DNA from: Candidatus Saccharimonadales bacterium
GTDB lineage: Bacteria > Patescibacteriota > Saccharimonadia > Saccharimonadales > UBA10212
Assembly (NCBI GenBank): GCA_038245195.1
Contig: JBBRSU010000001.1
Coordinates: forward strand, 121-64,120
DNA length: 64,000 bases
Reading direction: 5' to 3'
Both the position numbers and the translations under genes were made by a program. Of this stretch, positions 54,434 to 64,000 are shown in pieces. The stretch's first letter is position 1. Each line of letters opens with the position of its first letter. The notes below the pieces were generated by a model that saw nothing but the letters and a program-made list of their open reading frames with translations, ran no database searches and was not told the origin of the DNA.

Positions 54434-56179
54434 ATGGATGCGGTTGCGGAGGTTAAGTCTAGGTTAAGTATCGAGGATGTAATTAGCGAATACGTCCAGC
54501 TTAAGCGTACCGGTAGAAACTTTAAAGGTAATAGCCCCTGGACCAACGAAAAAACTCCAAGTTTTATAGTTAGCCCCGAAAAACAGATTTGGCATGATTT
54601 TTCATCGGGCAAGGGTGGCGACATGTTTAGCTTTGTGCAGGAAATGGAAGGCCTAGATTTTAGAGCCACACTAGAGCTGTTGGCCCGTAAAGCCGGGGTC
54701 GATTTAGACCAATTTAAAAACTCCAAGCCCGGCGTCAGCACTGAGCTTAAAAATCGGGCTTTGGAAGTGCTAGAACTATCCGCCAAGTTTTATCAAAAAC
54801 AACTCACTGTTAATAAAACAGCCTATGAATACCTGGCAAATCAGCGGGGTTTTAGCAAACCAACCATTTTAACTTGGCGGCTAGGCTATGCCCCCAACAC
54901 CGGCTTTGCACTGACCAATTTCTTGACCAAGCAGGGATTTACAACTGATGAGATGAAACGAGCTGGCGTGATTTTTCAGCGAGCCACACATAGTTCGGAT
55001 ATGTTTCGTGGCCGAATTATGATTCCGCTGGCCGACCAAGCTGGCCAAATTGTGGGCTTCACAGCCCGGTTATTAGCCGATGAGCCCGACTCGCCGAAAT
55101 ATATTAATACCCCGCAGACTGTTACATATGATAAAAGCCGCCAGGTTTACGGGCTGCATTTGGCCAAAGAAGCCATTAGAAAACAAGCTTTTGTGGTAGT
55201 GGCTGAAGGCAATTTAGATGTTATTGCCAGCCACCAAGCTGGCATAAGCAATGTGGTGGCCAGTGCCGGTACCGCCATGACCGAGCAGCACTTAAAAATA
55301 CTCAAGCGTTTTACGGGTGATATCCGCTTGAGTTTTGATGCCGATAATGCCGGCATTGCCGCCACCGAGCGAGTCATACCATTAGCTCAAAAAGCCGAAG
55401 TGTCTTTACGGATAATAAGCATCAAAGACGCCAAAGACCCCGATGAACTTATCCGTAAAGACATTAATTTTTGGCATAAAGCTATTGAAGACTCGCAATA
55501 CGCTCCGGATTGGCTGATTGACCGTTACAAATCCGAAGTTGACCTGAAGTCGGCTGCTGGTAAACGGATGTTTACTGATGCTTTGCTAACCACTATCCGC
55601 CAACTACGCGACCCGATTGAACAAGAACATTATCTTAAAAAAATCGCTGAACTCACTGATACTAGTTTGCATGCCGTCGAATCCAAATTCGCCACTCCAA
55701 CTGCTAAAACCGATTCGCTCAAAAAACCCAAAGCCGATTTGACCATCTTAGATAAAACTCAAGTGGAATACCAACGCCTGCAAGATCATCTTTTAGCCAT
55801 GTTTTTAATGCAGCCCAAAATAAGAGAACTTTTACAGGCTAGTAAGTCCGAATTTTTTACTGACGGACCTCAGCGCCAAGTGTTTAAATTCCTGCAGGAT
55901 AACCCTGACTTTAAAGGCGACCCAAAAGTGGCCGCCAAATTGCAACCAGTGGCTGATTATGTTAAAATTATAATGTTACAGTTTGAGGAATTATATCAAG
56001 ATTTGCCGCTCGACGATTTACGCGATTTGGCGGCTCAGCTCAAACACCGTCTTATAGACAGGTACGTCAAAATACAAAAACATACGCTTGCAGTTGCCAT
56101 GCAAGAGGCCAAGGGCGATAATGAGCTCAACTCACTAATGTCAAAGGCCGATAAACTGAACGAACTTATTAAGAGCTAG
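54434..56179 (+). CDS. dnaG: DNA primase
   Basis: 581 aa. Zinc-binding-region-like N-terminus, TOPRIM ([11 protein letters not shown]...FDADNAG). Upstream of rpoD as in the conserved operon. Confidence 0.93.
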   Translation: MDAVAEVKSRLSIEDVISEYVQLKRTGRNFKGNSPWTNEKTPSFIVSPEKQIWHDFSSGKGGDMFSFVQEMEGLDFRATLELLARKAGVDLDQFKNSKPGVSTELKNRALEVLELSAKFYQKQLTVNKTAYEYLANQRGFSKPTILTWRLGYAPNTGFALTNFLTKQGFTTDEMKRAGVIFQRATHSSDMFRGRIMIPLADQAGQIVGFTARLLADEPDSPKYINTPQTVTYDKSRQVYGLHLAKEAIRKQAFVVVAEGNLDVIASHQAGISNVVASAGTAMTEQHLKILKRFTGDIRLSFDADNAGIAATERVIPLAQKAEVSLRIISIKDAKDPDELIRKDINFWHKAIEDSQYAPDWLIDRYKSEVDLKSAAGKRMFTDALLTTIRQLRDPIEQEHYLKKIAELTDTSLHAVESKFATPTAKTDSLKKPKADLTILDKTQVEYQRLQDHLLAMFLMQPKIRELLQASKSEFFTDGPQRQVFKFLQDNPDFKGDPKVAAKLQPVADYVKIIMLQFEELYQDLPLDDLRDLAAQLKHRLIDRYVKIQKHTLAVAMQEAKGDNELNSLMSKADKLNELIKS

Positions 56180-56192
56180 GGGAGAGTTAATA

Positions 56193-57335
56193 ATGCCAAG
56201 AAAAAAGAAAACTGATGATATGGTCACCAAAGCCAGCAAATCTTTTGAAAAAGAAATGCTGCAGCTGGTGGAACGTGGTAAAAAAGCTGGGAAAATCGAA
56301 CAAAGTGAAATTTTCGAACTTATTCCTGATACTCCGGCTAACATCGATGTTTTAGAAGAACTTTATGTAGATTTAGCCGATGAAAGCGTTGATGTTATTC
56401 CGGTGACCGAGCCCCGGCCCGAGGATATTGCCGAAACCGACCAGTGGGCAGTTGAAGCCGAAGCTGACGAAGTTATTCCAGAGGATACCAGCTACTTAGA
56501 CGATATCGCCGATGATTCTGTTCGGCTTTATTTGCGTGAAATCGGCAAAATTCCGCTATTAACTTCTGAAGAGGAGTTGGCATTAGCCCAAAAGGTTGTG
56601 TCTGGCGATAAACTAGCCAAAGATCAGATGGCCGAGGCTAACATGCGCTTAGTGGTCTCTATCGCTAAACGCTACGTTGGCCGTGGGTTGGATTTACTAG
56701 ACCTAATCCAAGAAGGCAATACAGGTTTGTTGCGGGCAGTTGAGAAATTCGACCCCGACCGCGGTTTTAAATTCTCAACCTACGCCACTTGGTGGATTCG
56801 CCAAGCTATAACTCGGGCCATTGCCGACCAAGCCCGAACAATTCGCATCCCGGTGCACATGGTTGAGACAATTAATAAGCTGCTGCGCACCCAACGCCGT
56901 TTAACCCAAGAGCTTAACCGCGAACCAACCAACGAAGAAATCGCCGCTGCCATGGAGATGGAAGTCGACAAAGTAGAGCACATCATGAAAATTAAACAAG
57001 ATATTTCCAGCCTAGATGCTTCAGTTCGTGACGACGAAGAAGATTCCGTATTAGGAGATTTCATCGAGGATGAAGACGCCAAAACCCCTACCGAATCGGC
57101 CTCAGAACAGCTCTTAAAAGAGCAAGTTAAACAGATATTGGGTAGCCTTACCGAGCGTGAGCAAAAAATCTTAAAACTACGCTTTGGCCTGGAAGACGGC
57201 AAAAGCCACACCTTAGAGGAAGTCGGCCAAGAATTCAGTGTTACCCGCGAACGTATCCGCCAAATAGAAGCCAAAGCTTTGGCCAAGCTGCGTAAGCATA
57301 AAGATACCCGTCGCCTCCACGAATACCTCCAGTAA
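56193..57335 (+). CDS. rpoD: Primary RNA polymerase sigma factor
   Basis: 380 aa. Region 2 [37 protein letters not shown] and region 4 [24 protein letters not shown]. Confidence 0.96.
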   Translation: MPRKKKTDDMVTKASKSFEKEMLQLVERGKKAGKIEQSEIFELIPDTPANIDVLEELYVDLADESVDVIPVTEPRPEDIAETDQWAVEAEADEVIPEDTSYLDDIADDSVRLYLREIGKIPLLTSEEELALAQKVVSGDKLAKDQMAEANMRLVVSIAKRYVGRGLDLLDLIQEGNTGLLRAVEKFDPDRGFKFSTYATWWIRQAITRAIADQARTIRIPVHMVETINKLLRTQRRLTQELNREPTNEEIAAAMEMEVDKVEHIMKIKQDISSLDASVRDDEEDSVLGDFIEDEDAKTPTESASEQLLKEQVKQILGSLTEREQKILKLRFGLEDGKSHTLEEVGQEFSVTRERIRQIEAKALAKLRKHKDTRRLHEYLQ

Positions 57336-57346
57336 ACTACTTAAAT

Positions 57347-57919
57347 ATGAAAATTATAGGCATTGGCGGTACAAATGGTTCCGGGAAGGATACACTAAGC
57401 CAGATTTTAGCCGATGATTACGGGTGGTTATTCGTGTCCGTATCTGGGGATTTAATTATTCCCGAATTAATAAAACGCGGTCTACCACTGGAGCGCGAGC
57501 AAATGGCGGCCCTGACTGCCGAATGGAACCGAAAGATCAGTAAGGGTGCCGTAATAGCTAAGGCTGTTGAAAAATTTAATGAGTCGAGCAAAACGAAAAA
57601 ATATAATGGGCTGGTTATTTCAAGTATTAGACACCCCTGGGAGGCCGATAGAATCCATAATTTAGGCGGCAAATTAGTTTGGGTAGATGCCGACCCCAAA
57701 CTGCGTTACAACCGCATATTTAACAGAGGCCAGGGTGACAAAGACAAAAAATCTTTCGCCCTTTTCCAAGTCGAAGAACAAACCGAGAAAGACCACGCCG
57801 GAGATGAAGCGACTCTGAGCTGGCAGGGAGTTAAAGACCATGCTGATTTTTTTATAAAAAATGACAGTAATGATTTCGAAGCCTTCAAACAAACCGTCCA
57901 AAAAGCCTTAAACCTCTAG
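57347..57919 (+). CDS. P-loop nucleotide/nucleoside kinase-like protein (CoaE/dNK-like)
   Basis: 190 aa with P-loop GIGGTNGSGKDT. Specific substrate not inferable. Confidence 0.55.
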   Translation: MKIIGIGGTNGSGKDTLSQILADDYGWLFVSVSGDLIIPELIKRGLPLEREQMAALTAEWNRKISKGAVIAKAVEKFNESSKTKKYNGLVISSIRHPWEADRIHNLGGKLVWVDADPKLRYNRIFNRGQGDKDKKSFALFQVEEQTEKDHAGDEATLSWQGVKDHADFFIKNDSNDFEAFKQTVQKALNL

Positions 57920-57992
57920 TGTTTACTTTTAAGTTGTTATCTGATATAATATGTGATTCGGCCGGCTTTTTTTGGCCGACGTTCCTACGAAT

Positions 57993-58072
57993 AAGGAGAT
58001 GATGAACTTGCCGACTTTGCACGGTAGTTTGAAAGGAGATGATGAACTTGCCGACTTTGCACGGTAGTTTGA
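57993..58072 (+). repeat. Perfect 40-bp tandem duplication of the RBS plus the first 11 codons of the downstream gene
   Basis: aaggagatgatgaacttgccgactttgcacggtagtttga occurs at 57993-58032 and again at 58033-58072. Confidence 0.95.
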
Positions 58073-58917
58073 TCGGTTTGGACCCCTACGAGTTGACTGG
58101 AGTCCGCAAACTGGCGGAGCTCACAGGTCTCGAGTTGGGTCTCAGGCCTTCCAAAGTTTCTATCCAGCGCGTCTTTGACGCCTGGGGGACCGAAACAGCG
58201 TTCGAACAGAACGCCCCAGCTGTCGCCCAGGCCCTAAAGCTGGACAGCGGGACAGTTCCTGATGACGAGGTTCTGGACCTTCTCGATCAGACAACCACAC
58301 TCGACAAGATCGACATTCGGTCGCTCGACAGCCATATCCAGCCAACTGGTAGCCTGGTCGCTATCGCGACCGGTGCAACCGTCCGCTGGATGGAATATCG
58401 CATAAGGCAGATGCAACAGCACGTCAACAACGGCTACAGCATCGACAAGGTCTACGCCGTCGCCAACCACAATCGTCCCTGCAGCTTGCCTACCGAGGTG
58501 AATCATCCGGTGATCGTAGCTCTCCAGGAGGACTTAGGCCAGCAGCCGATGGAGCACCACGCGATGGAAAGGCTTCTCACGGAGGCCCAGTTTCCGGCGG
58601 AATTCATCACCGGCCCGTCGCTTGAGGCGAACATCGGGACTCTGATGGACCGCCATCCGGAGCTCGCCCATGCTCGAACCTACGTGCCTGTCAACGGCAA
58701 CGCCACCTACATCGCGTTGGCCGTTCGGCGGTTCATCCGGCAGTCTCAACCCTCCTTCGACGGGGGGCTGGACCAGTTCTTCTTTAGCCAGCGGACAATA
58801 CCGCTAGCCCGAACGCCGGAGCAAGCGGTCGACACTCTGCATTATCAGCGTCCGCTGACTGTGTTCAGTGGCCTCGCTCGGCTGATGAACGAGCTCTATC
58901 TCCTCCCGAGGAGCTAG
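58039..58917 (+). CDS. Hypothetical protein in GC-rich islet C
   Basis: 292 aa ORF with clearly G/C-ending codons, unlike neighbouring genes. No family recognised. Confidence 0.55.
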   Translation: MMNLPTLHGSLIGLDPYELTGVRKLAELTGLELGLRPSKVSIQRVFDAWGTETAFEQNAPAVAQALKLDSGTVPDDEVLDLLDQTTTLDKIDIRSLDSHIQPTGSLVAIATGATVRWMEYRIRQMQQHVNNGYSIDKVYAVANHNRPCSLPTEVNHPVIVALQEDLGQQPMEHHAMERLLTEAQFPAEFITGPSLEANIGTLMDRHPELAHARTYVPVNGNATYIALAVRRFIRQSQPSFDGGLDQFFFSQRTIPLARTPEQAVDTLHYQRPLTVFSGLARLMNELYLLPRS

Positions 58918-58947
58918 GGAAGGCGAACTCTCCTTGTTCGTGTTTAA

Positions 58948-58990
58948 AAGCCCCGCGGCGTTCTTTACGCCCGGGGCTTCTTCCTTTATA
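58948..58990 (+). terminator. GC-rich hairpin plus T-rich tail downstream of the islet C ORF
   Basis: AAGCCCCG...CGGGGCTT with an inner GGCG/CGCC helix, followed by cttcctttat. Confidence 0.55.
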
Positions 58991-59027
58991 AAAACCATAA
59001 GCACTCCCTGTTTTAACAGATACGGCG

Positions 59028-59033
59028 TATAAT
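59028..59033 (+). promoter_or_regulatory. -10 box TATAAT 8 nt upstream of the polA GTG start
   Basis: gcgTATAATttaaggtaGTG. Confidence 0.4.
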
Positions 59034-59041
59034 TTAAGGTA

Positions 59042-61672
59042 GTGACTGAGAGGAAAAAACTAGCTGTTATAGACGGAAAATCGGTATTTTACAGGGGCTA
59101 TTACGCCATGCCCAATTTAAGCACCGGCGATGGTGTGCCTACCGGTGGCGTATTTGGTTTCACCACCATGGCATTGGAGCTCATCAAGAAACTTAAGCCT
59201 GATTACGTTTGCGTAGCATGGGATAAACCCAAAACTAATATCCGGAAACGTCTGGAAATGTACCCCGAATATAAAGCTGGTCGCAAACCGGCACCACCCG
59301 ATTTTTATACCCAAATCCCAATATTGCACGATGTGCTAAACGCTTTTGGCTGGCCACTTTATGAGCTAGACGATTACGAAGCCGACGATATAATGGGGAC
59401 TTTAGCCGTCGAGGCCGAAAAAGCCGGCCTTGAGACCCTATTAATTACCAGCGACTTGGATATGCTGCAGCTAGTTAATCGAAATGTGAAGGTTTACGCC
59501 CTAAAACGCGGCTTTTCTAATATTGAAGAGTTTCACCCCCAGAGTTTCGAGGCCAAGTACGGCATAAAGGCTACTCAATTCCTAGATTTAAAGGCCTTAA
59601 AAGGTGACAGCAGTGACAATATACCAGGCGTACCGGGTATCGGCGAAAAGGGCGCTTTGGATTTACTCAAAGAATACAAAACCCTAGACGGTGTTTATGA
59701 AAATCTACCGAAAGTTAAAGAGGGTGTCCGCAAAAAATTAGAGGCCGGCAAAGACTCTGCTTATCTTAGTAAAAAAATCGCCGCTATCTGGTGTGATGCC
59801 CCACTGCCGCTCAATTTAGACGAGATGGACGGTACCAAAATCGATACCGCTGCTTTACGAGCCTTATTAGAAAAACTAGAGTTCAGGAGTTTATTACGCA
59901 ACCTGCCAGATAATATGCGAGGTAGCGAGCCGGTTGTCGAAACAATCGGCGGCATCAAATTAGCTTTGGGCAAAAATCAGATTATCGAAAAAGCCCAGGA
60001 TTTACCCAAACTAGGCAATTCTAAGAATTTTTATATCCATAGCCGGGCTTCTGGCAAACACGGCGCTAAACCGGAAGTCTTGATAATCGGTTTGGATGAT
60101 AAACAAGTCTACACTTTGGATTTGCGTAAGCTAGACCACAAGTTGGTGACCAGCTACCTTAATGATGCAAGGCCGTTGATTGGCTACGATATTAAATCGA
60201 CACTAAAGATGCTACGTAGTATGGGCGTTAAAGACTTTCCAGAAGTTGGACACGACGTATTGGTTGGAGCTTTTTTAATAAACCCGCTCATCCGCAGTCA
60301 ATCATTAAACGAACTGGCTTACAGCCAGCTTAATTATGATGGTACATCATTAGACGATCTCGATTCAGACCAATTGATAGACCGAGCTCCCGAAGTAATG
60401 GCGGTAGTTAGGGAGCTTCATAAAAATCAGCTCAAAACCCTAGAAGATATGCCTAAAGTTGGCCAACTAGCCAAAGACATTGAGTGGCCCCTAATACCTG
60501 TGCTGGCCAACATGGAATATGAAGGTATCCAACTAGATACCGGTTATTTAAAGAAGTTCGCCAAGGAGTTGGAAGGCAGTATCAGCGATGTTGAGCAACA
60601 AATTTATGGTCATGCCGACCAAGAATTTAACATCGGCAGCCCTAGTCAGTTGGCCGACATTCTGTTCGTAAAACTGAACCTACCAACCCAAGGTATCAAA
60701 AAAGGTAAAACCGGTTTATCAACTGCCGCACCTGAATTAAGCAAGCTTCGAGGGGCCCATCCCATTATTGATTTAATCAGCCAATACCGTGAAGTGGTCA
60801 AACTTAAAAATACTTACGTTGATACTTTACCCGAACAAGTTGATAAGCATAGTCGAGTTCACACCACTTTTAGTCTAACAATCGCTCCAACCGGACGGCT
60901 ATCTAGTTCCGACCCAAATTTACAAAATATCCCCGTTAAAACTGATTTGGGTCGCCGGATTCGCACGGCGTTTGTGGCCGGTAAAGGCCAGGTGCTTATC
61001 AGTGCCGATTACAGCCAATTCGAACTACGCTTAGCTGCCGCACTGTCTGGTGATGAGGGAATGATAACTGCCTTTAATAAAGATGCCGATATCCATGTGG
61101 AAACCGCCGCCCAGGTTTACGGTATCGATGCTAAAGACGTTACTAAAGCCCAACGTTCATCTGTTAAAGAAGTTAATTTCGGGATTTTATATGGACTTGG
61201 TCCGCATGCCCTAAGCCAAAGTACTGGCATGAGCTTCGGCGAAGCTAAAGATTTTATTACCAAATATTTTGAAATCCGCCCCAAGCTCAAGCAATATATC
61301 GAAAAAACCCGCAAAATGGCCGAGCAGGCTGGTTACGTTGAAACTTTGCTAGGTCGGCGGCGGCCAACCCCAGACGTTCAATCGCCAAACTTCCAGGTTA
61401 GGGAAGGGGCTTATCGTGCAGCCGTTAACATGCCCTTGCAGGGCAGTGCCGCCGACATCATGAAAATCGCTATGAATAACATCGCCACCAAGCTTGATAA
61501 AGACTGCAAGCTGCTGCTACAAATACACGATAGTGTGATTTTAGAAGTGCCTAAAGCCAAAGCTGAGACCGTTAGCAAAATGGTCAAACAAACCATGGAG
61601 CAAGCCTACACCAAGCTGCCAATAAAACTTAAGGCCGACGTTTCCATCGGCCAAAACTGGGGCGAATTATGA
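59042..61672 (+). CDS. polA: DNA polymerase I
   Basis: 876 aa. 5'-3' exonuclease domain, a 3'-5' exo-like middle domain, and polymerase motifs (SADYSQFELR, QIHDSVILEV). Confidence 0.96.
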   Translation: MTERKKLAVIDGKSVFYRGYYAMPNLSTGDGVPTGGVFGFTTMALELIKKLKPDYVCVAWDKPKTNIRKRLEMYPEYKAGRKPAPPDFYTQIPILHDVLNAFGWPLYELDDYEADDIMGTLAVEAEKAGLETLLITSDLDMLQLVNRNVKVYALKRGFSNIEEFHPQSFEAKYGIKATQFLDLKALKGDSSDNIPGVPGIGEKGALDLLKEYKTLDGVYENLPKVKEGVRKKLEAGKDSAYLSKKIAAIWCDAPLPLNLDEMDGTKIDTAALRALLEKLEFRSLLRNLPDNMRGSEPVVETIGGIKLALGKNQIIEKAQDLPKLGNSKNFYIHSRASGKHGAKPEVLIIGLDDKQVYTLDLRKLDHKLVTSYLNDARPLIGYDIKSTLKMLRSMGVKDFPEVGHDVLVGAFLINPLIRSQSLNELAYSQLNYDGTSLDDLDSDQLIDRAPEVMAVVRELHKNQLKTLEDMPKVGQLAKDIEWPLIPVLANMEYEGIQLDTGYLKKFAKELEGSISDVEQQIYGHADQEFNIGSPSQLADILFVKLNLPTQGIKKGKTGLSTAAPELSKLRGAHPIIDLISQYREVVKLKNTYVDTLPEQVDKHSRVHTTFSLTIAPTGRLSSSDPNLQNIPVKTDLGRRIRTAFVAGKGQVLISADYSQFELRLAAALSGDEGMITAFNKDADIHVETAAQVYGIDAKDVTKAQRSSVKEVNFGILYGLGPHALSQSTGMSFGEAKDFITKYFEIRPKLKQYIEKTRKMAEQAGYVETLLGRRRPTPDVQSPNFQVREGAYRAAVNMPLQGSAADIMKIAMNNIATKLDKDCKLLLQIHDSVILEVPKAKAETVSKMVKQTMEQAYTKLPIKLKADVSIGQNWGEL

Positions 61673-62067
61673 AAACCCGAACATTTGAATTGAATAAGTT
61701 AGTTCGAGATAAAATCGTCGAAAGCACTGAGAACGAAGGCGGATCGGCAGAATACAGAGTTATTGAAGGTGAAGAGCTAACTCAAGCTGAAAAAGATAAA
61801 TTACTGGAGGAGCTAGGCGAGCTCATGGATGGACCGGAGCCCGACCTCGAAAAGTTGGCAGACATTAGAGAGGTCTTGGACGCGCTCGCGGTTCAGTTTG
61901 GGTATAGTAAAGTTGAGCTAGACGCCGCCCAATACGATAAACGCCGACGTATAGGCGGATTTACAGCGGGACATTTTGTAGAAATGGTTACTGTACCTGA
62001 AGATAGTGAGTTAGCGGAATACTATAGCTCGGATCCAACCCGTTTTCCAGAGGTTAAAAATGGCTAA
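61669..62067 (+). CDS. MazG-like all-alpha NTP pyrophosphohydrolase (PRA-PH-like)
   Basis: 132 aa. The N-terminal KLVRDKI motif and acidic helices (EELGELMD) are typical of this family. ATGA overlap with polA. Confidence 0.6.
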   Translation: MKTRTFELNKLVRDKIVESTENEGGSAEYRVIEGEELTQAEKDKLLEELGELMDGPEPDLEKLADIREVLDALAVQFGYSKVELDAAQYDKRRRIGGFTAGHFVEMVTVPEDSELAEYYSSDPTRFPEVKNG

Positions 62068-62491
62068 AGAGAAGTTATTTTTTATTGGTGTAAAAGCTTT
62101 AATAGAGGATAGTCAAGAAGAAATACTTTTGTTTAATTCACCCGGCTGGGCTCAACAGAAAGTTTCTCCGCACTGGGACATGCCTGGCGGTAGAATCAAT
62201 ATAGGCGAAGATCTACTGACGGCTTTGAGAAGGGAAATCTTTGAAGAAACAGGTATTAAAAAATATTCTTCCCCAGTGTTTTTTACGGCTACAATCTCAA
62301 ATCACATCACTGATCATAAAGAACATAACTTTAAAGTTGGCTTAGCGATATTCGTATACAAACTTCGAATACCAGAATTAAAACAACTGAAGATAAGCGA
62401 TGAACACACGGAATTTGAGTGGGTTGAAAAAAAAGAAGCAGCCAAGCGTTTGGCCAATAAATACCCGCCCGAATTCACCAATTTGCTATAA
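62060..62491 (+). CDS. NUDIX hydrolase
   Basis: Nudix box GGRINIGEDLLTALRREIFEETGI. Confidence 0.85.
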   Translation: MAKEKLFFIGVKALIEDSQEEILLFNSPGWAQQKVSPHWDMPGGRINIGEDLLTALRREIFEETGIKKYSSPVFFTATISNHITDHKEHNFKVGLAIFVYKLRIPELKQLKISDEHTEFEWVEKKEAAKRLANKYPPEFTNLL

Positions 62492-62514
62492 TTCGTCGAA
62501 ACGAGGAAAAGTAT

Positions 62515-62736
62515 ATGGAATTTGGTAAAAAATTTGAATTCCCGGGCGAGGATAGGGACGCCGTTTTTGTTTCACTCACCGGAGGTAATCTAGCTGATAG
62601 ACTTGAGACCACTCAAACAACCTGGAATTTATATACTGATGAATTAGCTGCATGGGCCACCCGCAGGACACATGATTATGGAGATTTTATTGAACCAAAA
62701 CAGTTATATAGAGTGGCTAAATGGGCAAGCTCATAG
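62515..62736 (+). CDS. Hypothetical protein (73 aa), possibly the 5' part of a frameshifted gene
   Basis: GAGGAAAAG SD upstream. Overlaps the next ORF by 65 nt, with that ORF in the +1 frame. Confidence 0.35.
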   Translation: MEFGKKFEFPGEDRDAVFVSLTGGNLADRLETTQTTWNLYTDELAAWATRRTHDYGDFIEPKQLYRVAKWASS

Positions 62737-63205
62737 AGTCGCTTGGGTAGACCACCTAGGTGTAAATAGACGAACAGGAAGTCCTTTTCATCTTCACCAT
62801 GTAGTCTGTGACTGTGCTTATTATGCCAATTCAAGTTTTCCAGAAGAAGATGAGCTGGCTGATTGTGAAATTTTACAGAATGCAGTTGTTGAACGGACTG
62901 ATTTAATCGCAAACCAGCATCGTGTTCGAGAAATGATTGAATCTTTCGGCAATATTCCTGCAACAGATTTCGATAGAAACAATGAGCTGAATGATATTCT
63001 AACGACAAGTATCGAATCTATCCTTCTGTTTGATCACCTACACCCCGAAGAATGGGCTGGGAATGTGGTTAGCGGAGAACATGATGTTAGCCTATTGAGT
63101 TTGATCGTTGACCAACCCCCGGATGCTATTCGTTTATGTGCAGACATCCTAGCCTTTCAAGGTAAAGTTGAAATAACCGGCGACACAGTAAGATTAGCAG
63201 CTTAG
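62672..63205 (+). CDS. Hypothetical protein (177 aa)
   Basis: Long ORF with no recognisable family. No RBS or promoter of its own is visible, and its start lies inside the upstream ORF. Confidence 0.4.
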   Translation: MIMEILLNQNSYIEWLNGQAHRVAWVDHLGVNRRTGSPFHLHHVVCDCAYYANSSFPEEDELADCEILQNAVVERTDLIANQHRVREMIESFGNIPATDFDRNNELNDILTTSIESILLFDHLHPEEWAGNVVSGEHDVSLLSLIVDQPPDAIRLCADILAFQGKVEITGDTVRLAA

Positions 63206-63246
63206 TATTGCTATTTTAGTTCTAAAATGGTATTATATGCCTTGAA

Positions 63247-63834
63247 ATGTATTTCGGTAGGCTATTAGCCGGTTTTGTAGGCATTATTATTCTCATCCTA
63301 ATCTTTGTGGTGCTGTTTGGTCATGGCGGTAAAAAAGCCCCCACTGGCCCCCAGCTTGACCCCTTGCCAGATTACGCCGGTACCAACGCCACTGTCAGTT
63401 TTACAACCGACGGCATCGTAAATGCCGATGAGCTTCATCGTTCTATTCGAATTACTGTATCTAACAGCCAAATGAGCTTAGATGTCTTACAAGGCTATAA
63501 TCCCCAAGTTATTCAAAGTAAAACTTTTTTGAACAACCAAGAAGCCTACAGCGTGTTTCTTAAAGCCATCAATAACTCTGGCTTCTTACTCAAACTAAAA
63601 AATTCCAAATCACCCGCCGATGAGCGCGGTCAGTGCCCACTGGGCTTCCGCTACATCCTAGACTTGAATCAGGATGGCAATGATTTATCACGGACTTGGG
63701 CTAGTTCATGCGGTTCCAAACTAGCAACCTCTGGTGCTACTTTAACCAGTATTCAGGCTCTGTTCCAAGACCAAATCCCCAATTACGAAAACCTAGTTGG
63801 CCAAGTCAATCTGTCGGCTACCTCTAGCCAATAG
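63247..63834 (+). CDS. Hypothetical membrane-anchored extracytoplasmic protein
   Basis: 195 aa with N-terminal TM helix LLAGFVGIIILILIFVVLF. Confidence 0.55.
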   Translation: MYFGRLLAGFVGIIILILIFVVLFGHGGKKAPTGPQLDPLPDYAGTNATVSFTTDGIVNADELHRSIRITVSNSQMSLDVLQGYNPQVIQSKTFLNNQEAYSVFLKAINNSGFLLKLKNSKSPADERGQCPLGFRYILDLNQDGNDLSRTWASSCGSKLATSGATLTSIQALFQDQIPNYENLVGQVNLSATSSQ

Positions 63835-63836
63835 CT

Positions 63837-63845
63837 TGCTATAGT
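63837..63845 (+). promoter_or_regulatory. Extended -10 (TGcTATAGT) 6 nt upstream of the ATG at 63852 (leaderless pattern)
   Basis: tTGcTATAGTtattagATG. Confidence 0.45.
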
Positions 63846-63851
63846 TATTAG

Positions 63852-64000
63852 ATGATAAAAGCTGTTATCTTTGATTTTTTCGGTGTGCTTTGCACTGATG
63901 AATTCTGGCAATTCGTAAAAGAAGATAAGAATCGCCCGGGGCATTTCAGTGACTTGGCCCAATCCGTTAATTCAGGCGAAATATCTTGGGATAATTTTCT
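63852..64000 (+). CDS. HAD-superfamily hydrolase-like protein, N-terminal fragment (runs off the window)
   Basis: MIKAVIFDFFGVLCTDEFWQF... has a HAD motif-I-like start. Open to the window end. Confidence 0.55.
   Translation, partial: MIKAVIFDFFGVLCTDEFWQFVKEDKNRPGHFSDLAQSVNSGEISWDNF

Noticed and set aside
54396-54436. Triple ccctata repeat (taccctatactctaaaccctataccctataaat) just upstream of dnaG
   Set aside because: It is short and low-complexity. It overlaps the stop region of the phosphatase gene and a TATAAA-like box. There is not enough evidence for anything beyond a promoter-like AT/TATA stretch.
56780-57286. 168-aa ORF antisense to rpoD, plus similar antisense ORFs in dnaG (54412-54786), pilB (20342-20827), atpA (6158-6481) and others
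   Set aside because: All lie inside well-supported conserved genes on the other strand and lack initiation signals.
1-64000. CRISPR arrays, rRNA genes, IS elements/transposases, prophage genes and known defence systems
   Set aside because: None were recognised on either strand. There are no regularly spaced direct repeats and no transposase, Cas, RM or phage structural motifs among the translated ORFs.

Overview
This 64 kb window looks like a compact, gene-dense chromosome segment of roughly mid-40s % GC (judged by eye and a few hand-counted rows). Its gene content fits a reduced-genome, Gram-positive-type bacterium of the CPR/Patescibacteria kind, most like Saccharibacteria. That taxonomic call rests on gene content only: a type IV pilus locus without a secretin, sortase plus cell-wall-sorted proteins, MurE, a bifunctional PGI/PMI, and few biosynthetic genes. 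UGA is used as a stop codon. Main blocks: (1) secreted surface proteins (1-2597). (2) An F-type ATPase operon on the minus strand (2601-8576) with b, delta, alpha, gamma, beta and epsilon, but no atpB or atpE. In their place, 3 nt upstream of atpF, sits an exported protein whose C-terminal hairpin resembles a degenerate c subunit. (3) A 15.5 kb unidirectional type IV pilus operon (12190-27749). (4) Housekeeping genes: ndk, a xerC/D-type recombinase, a guaB-family gene, mscL, valS, tsaD, murE, groES-groEL with a CIRCE operator, a MacB-type ABC pair, argS, msrB, dnaG-rpoD, polA, and three tRNAs. (5) A sortase lying convergent to a DUF11-type surface protein. That protein and a second one 11 kb away end in an [L/I]-x-N-T-G sorting signal. 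(6) Three short GC-rich islets (27.8-28.4 kb, 41.0-42.2 kb, 58.0-59.0 kb) with foreign-looking composition, GC-rich flanking hairpins and unrecognisable ORFs. Window-wide patterns include many genes with a (TGn)TAnnnT -10 box 6-9 nt from the start codon, which implies leaderless mRNAs, and a 21-22 nt near-palindrome conserved at four sites. I found no CRISPR array, rRNA or recognisable IS/transposase. All functional calls come from reading the translated ORFs against remembered family motifs; no database search was possible.
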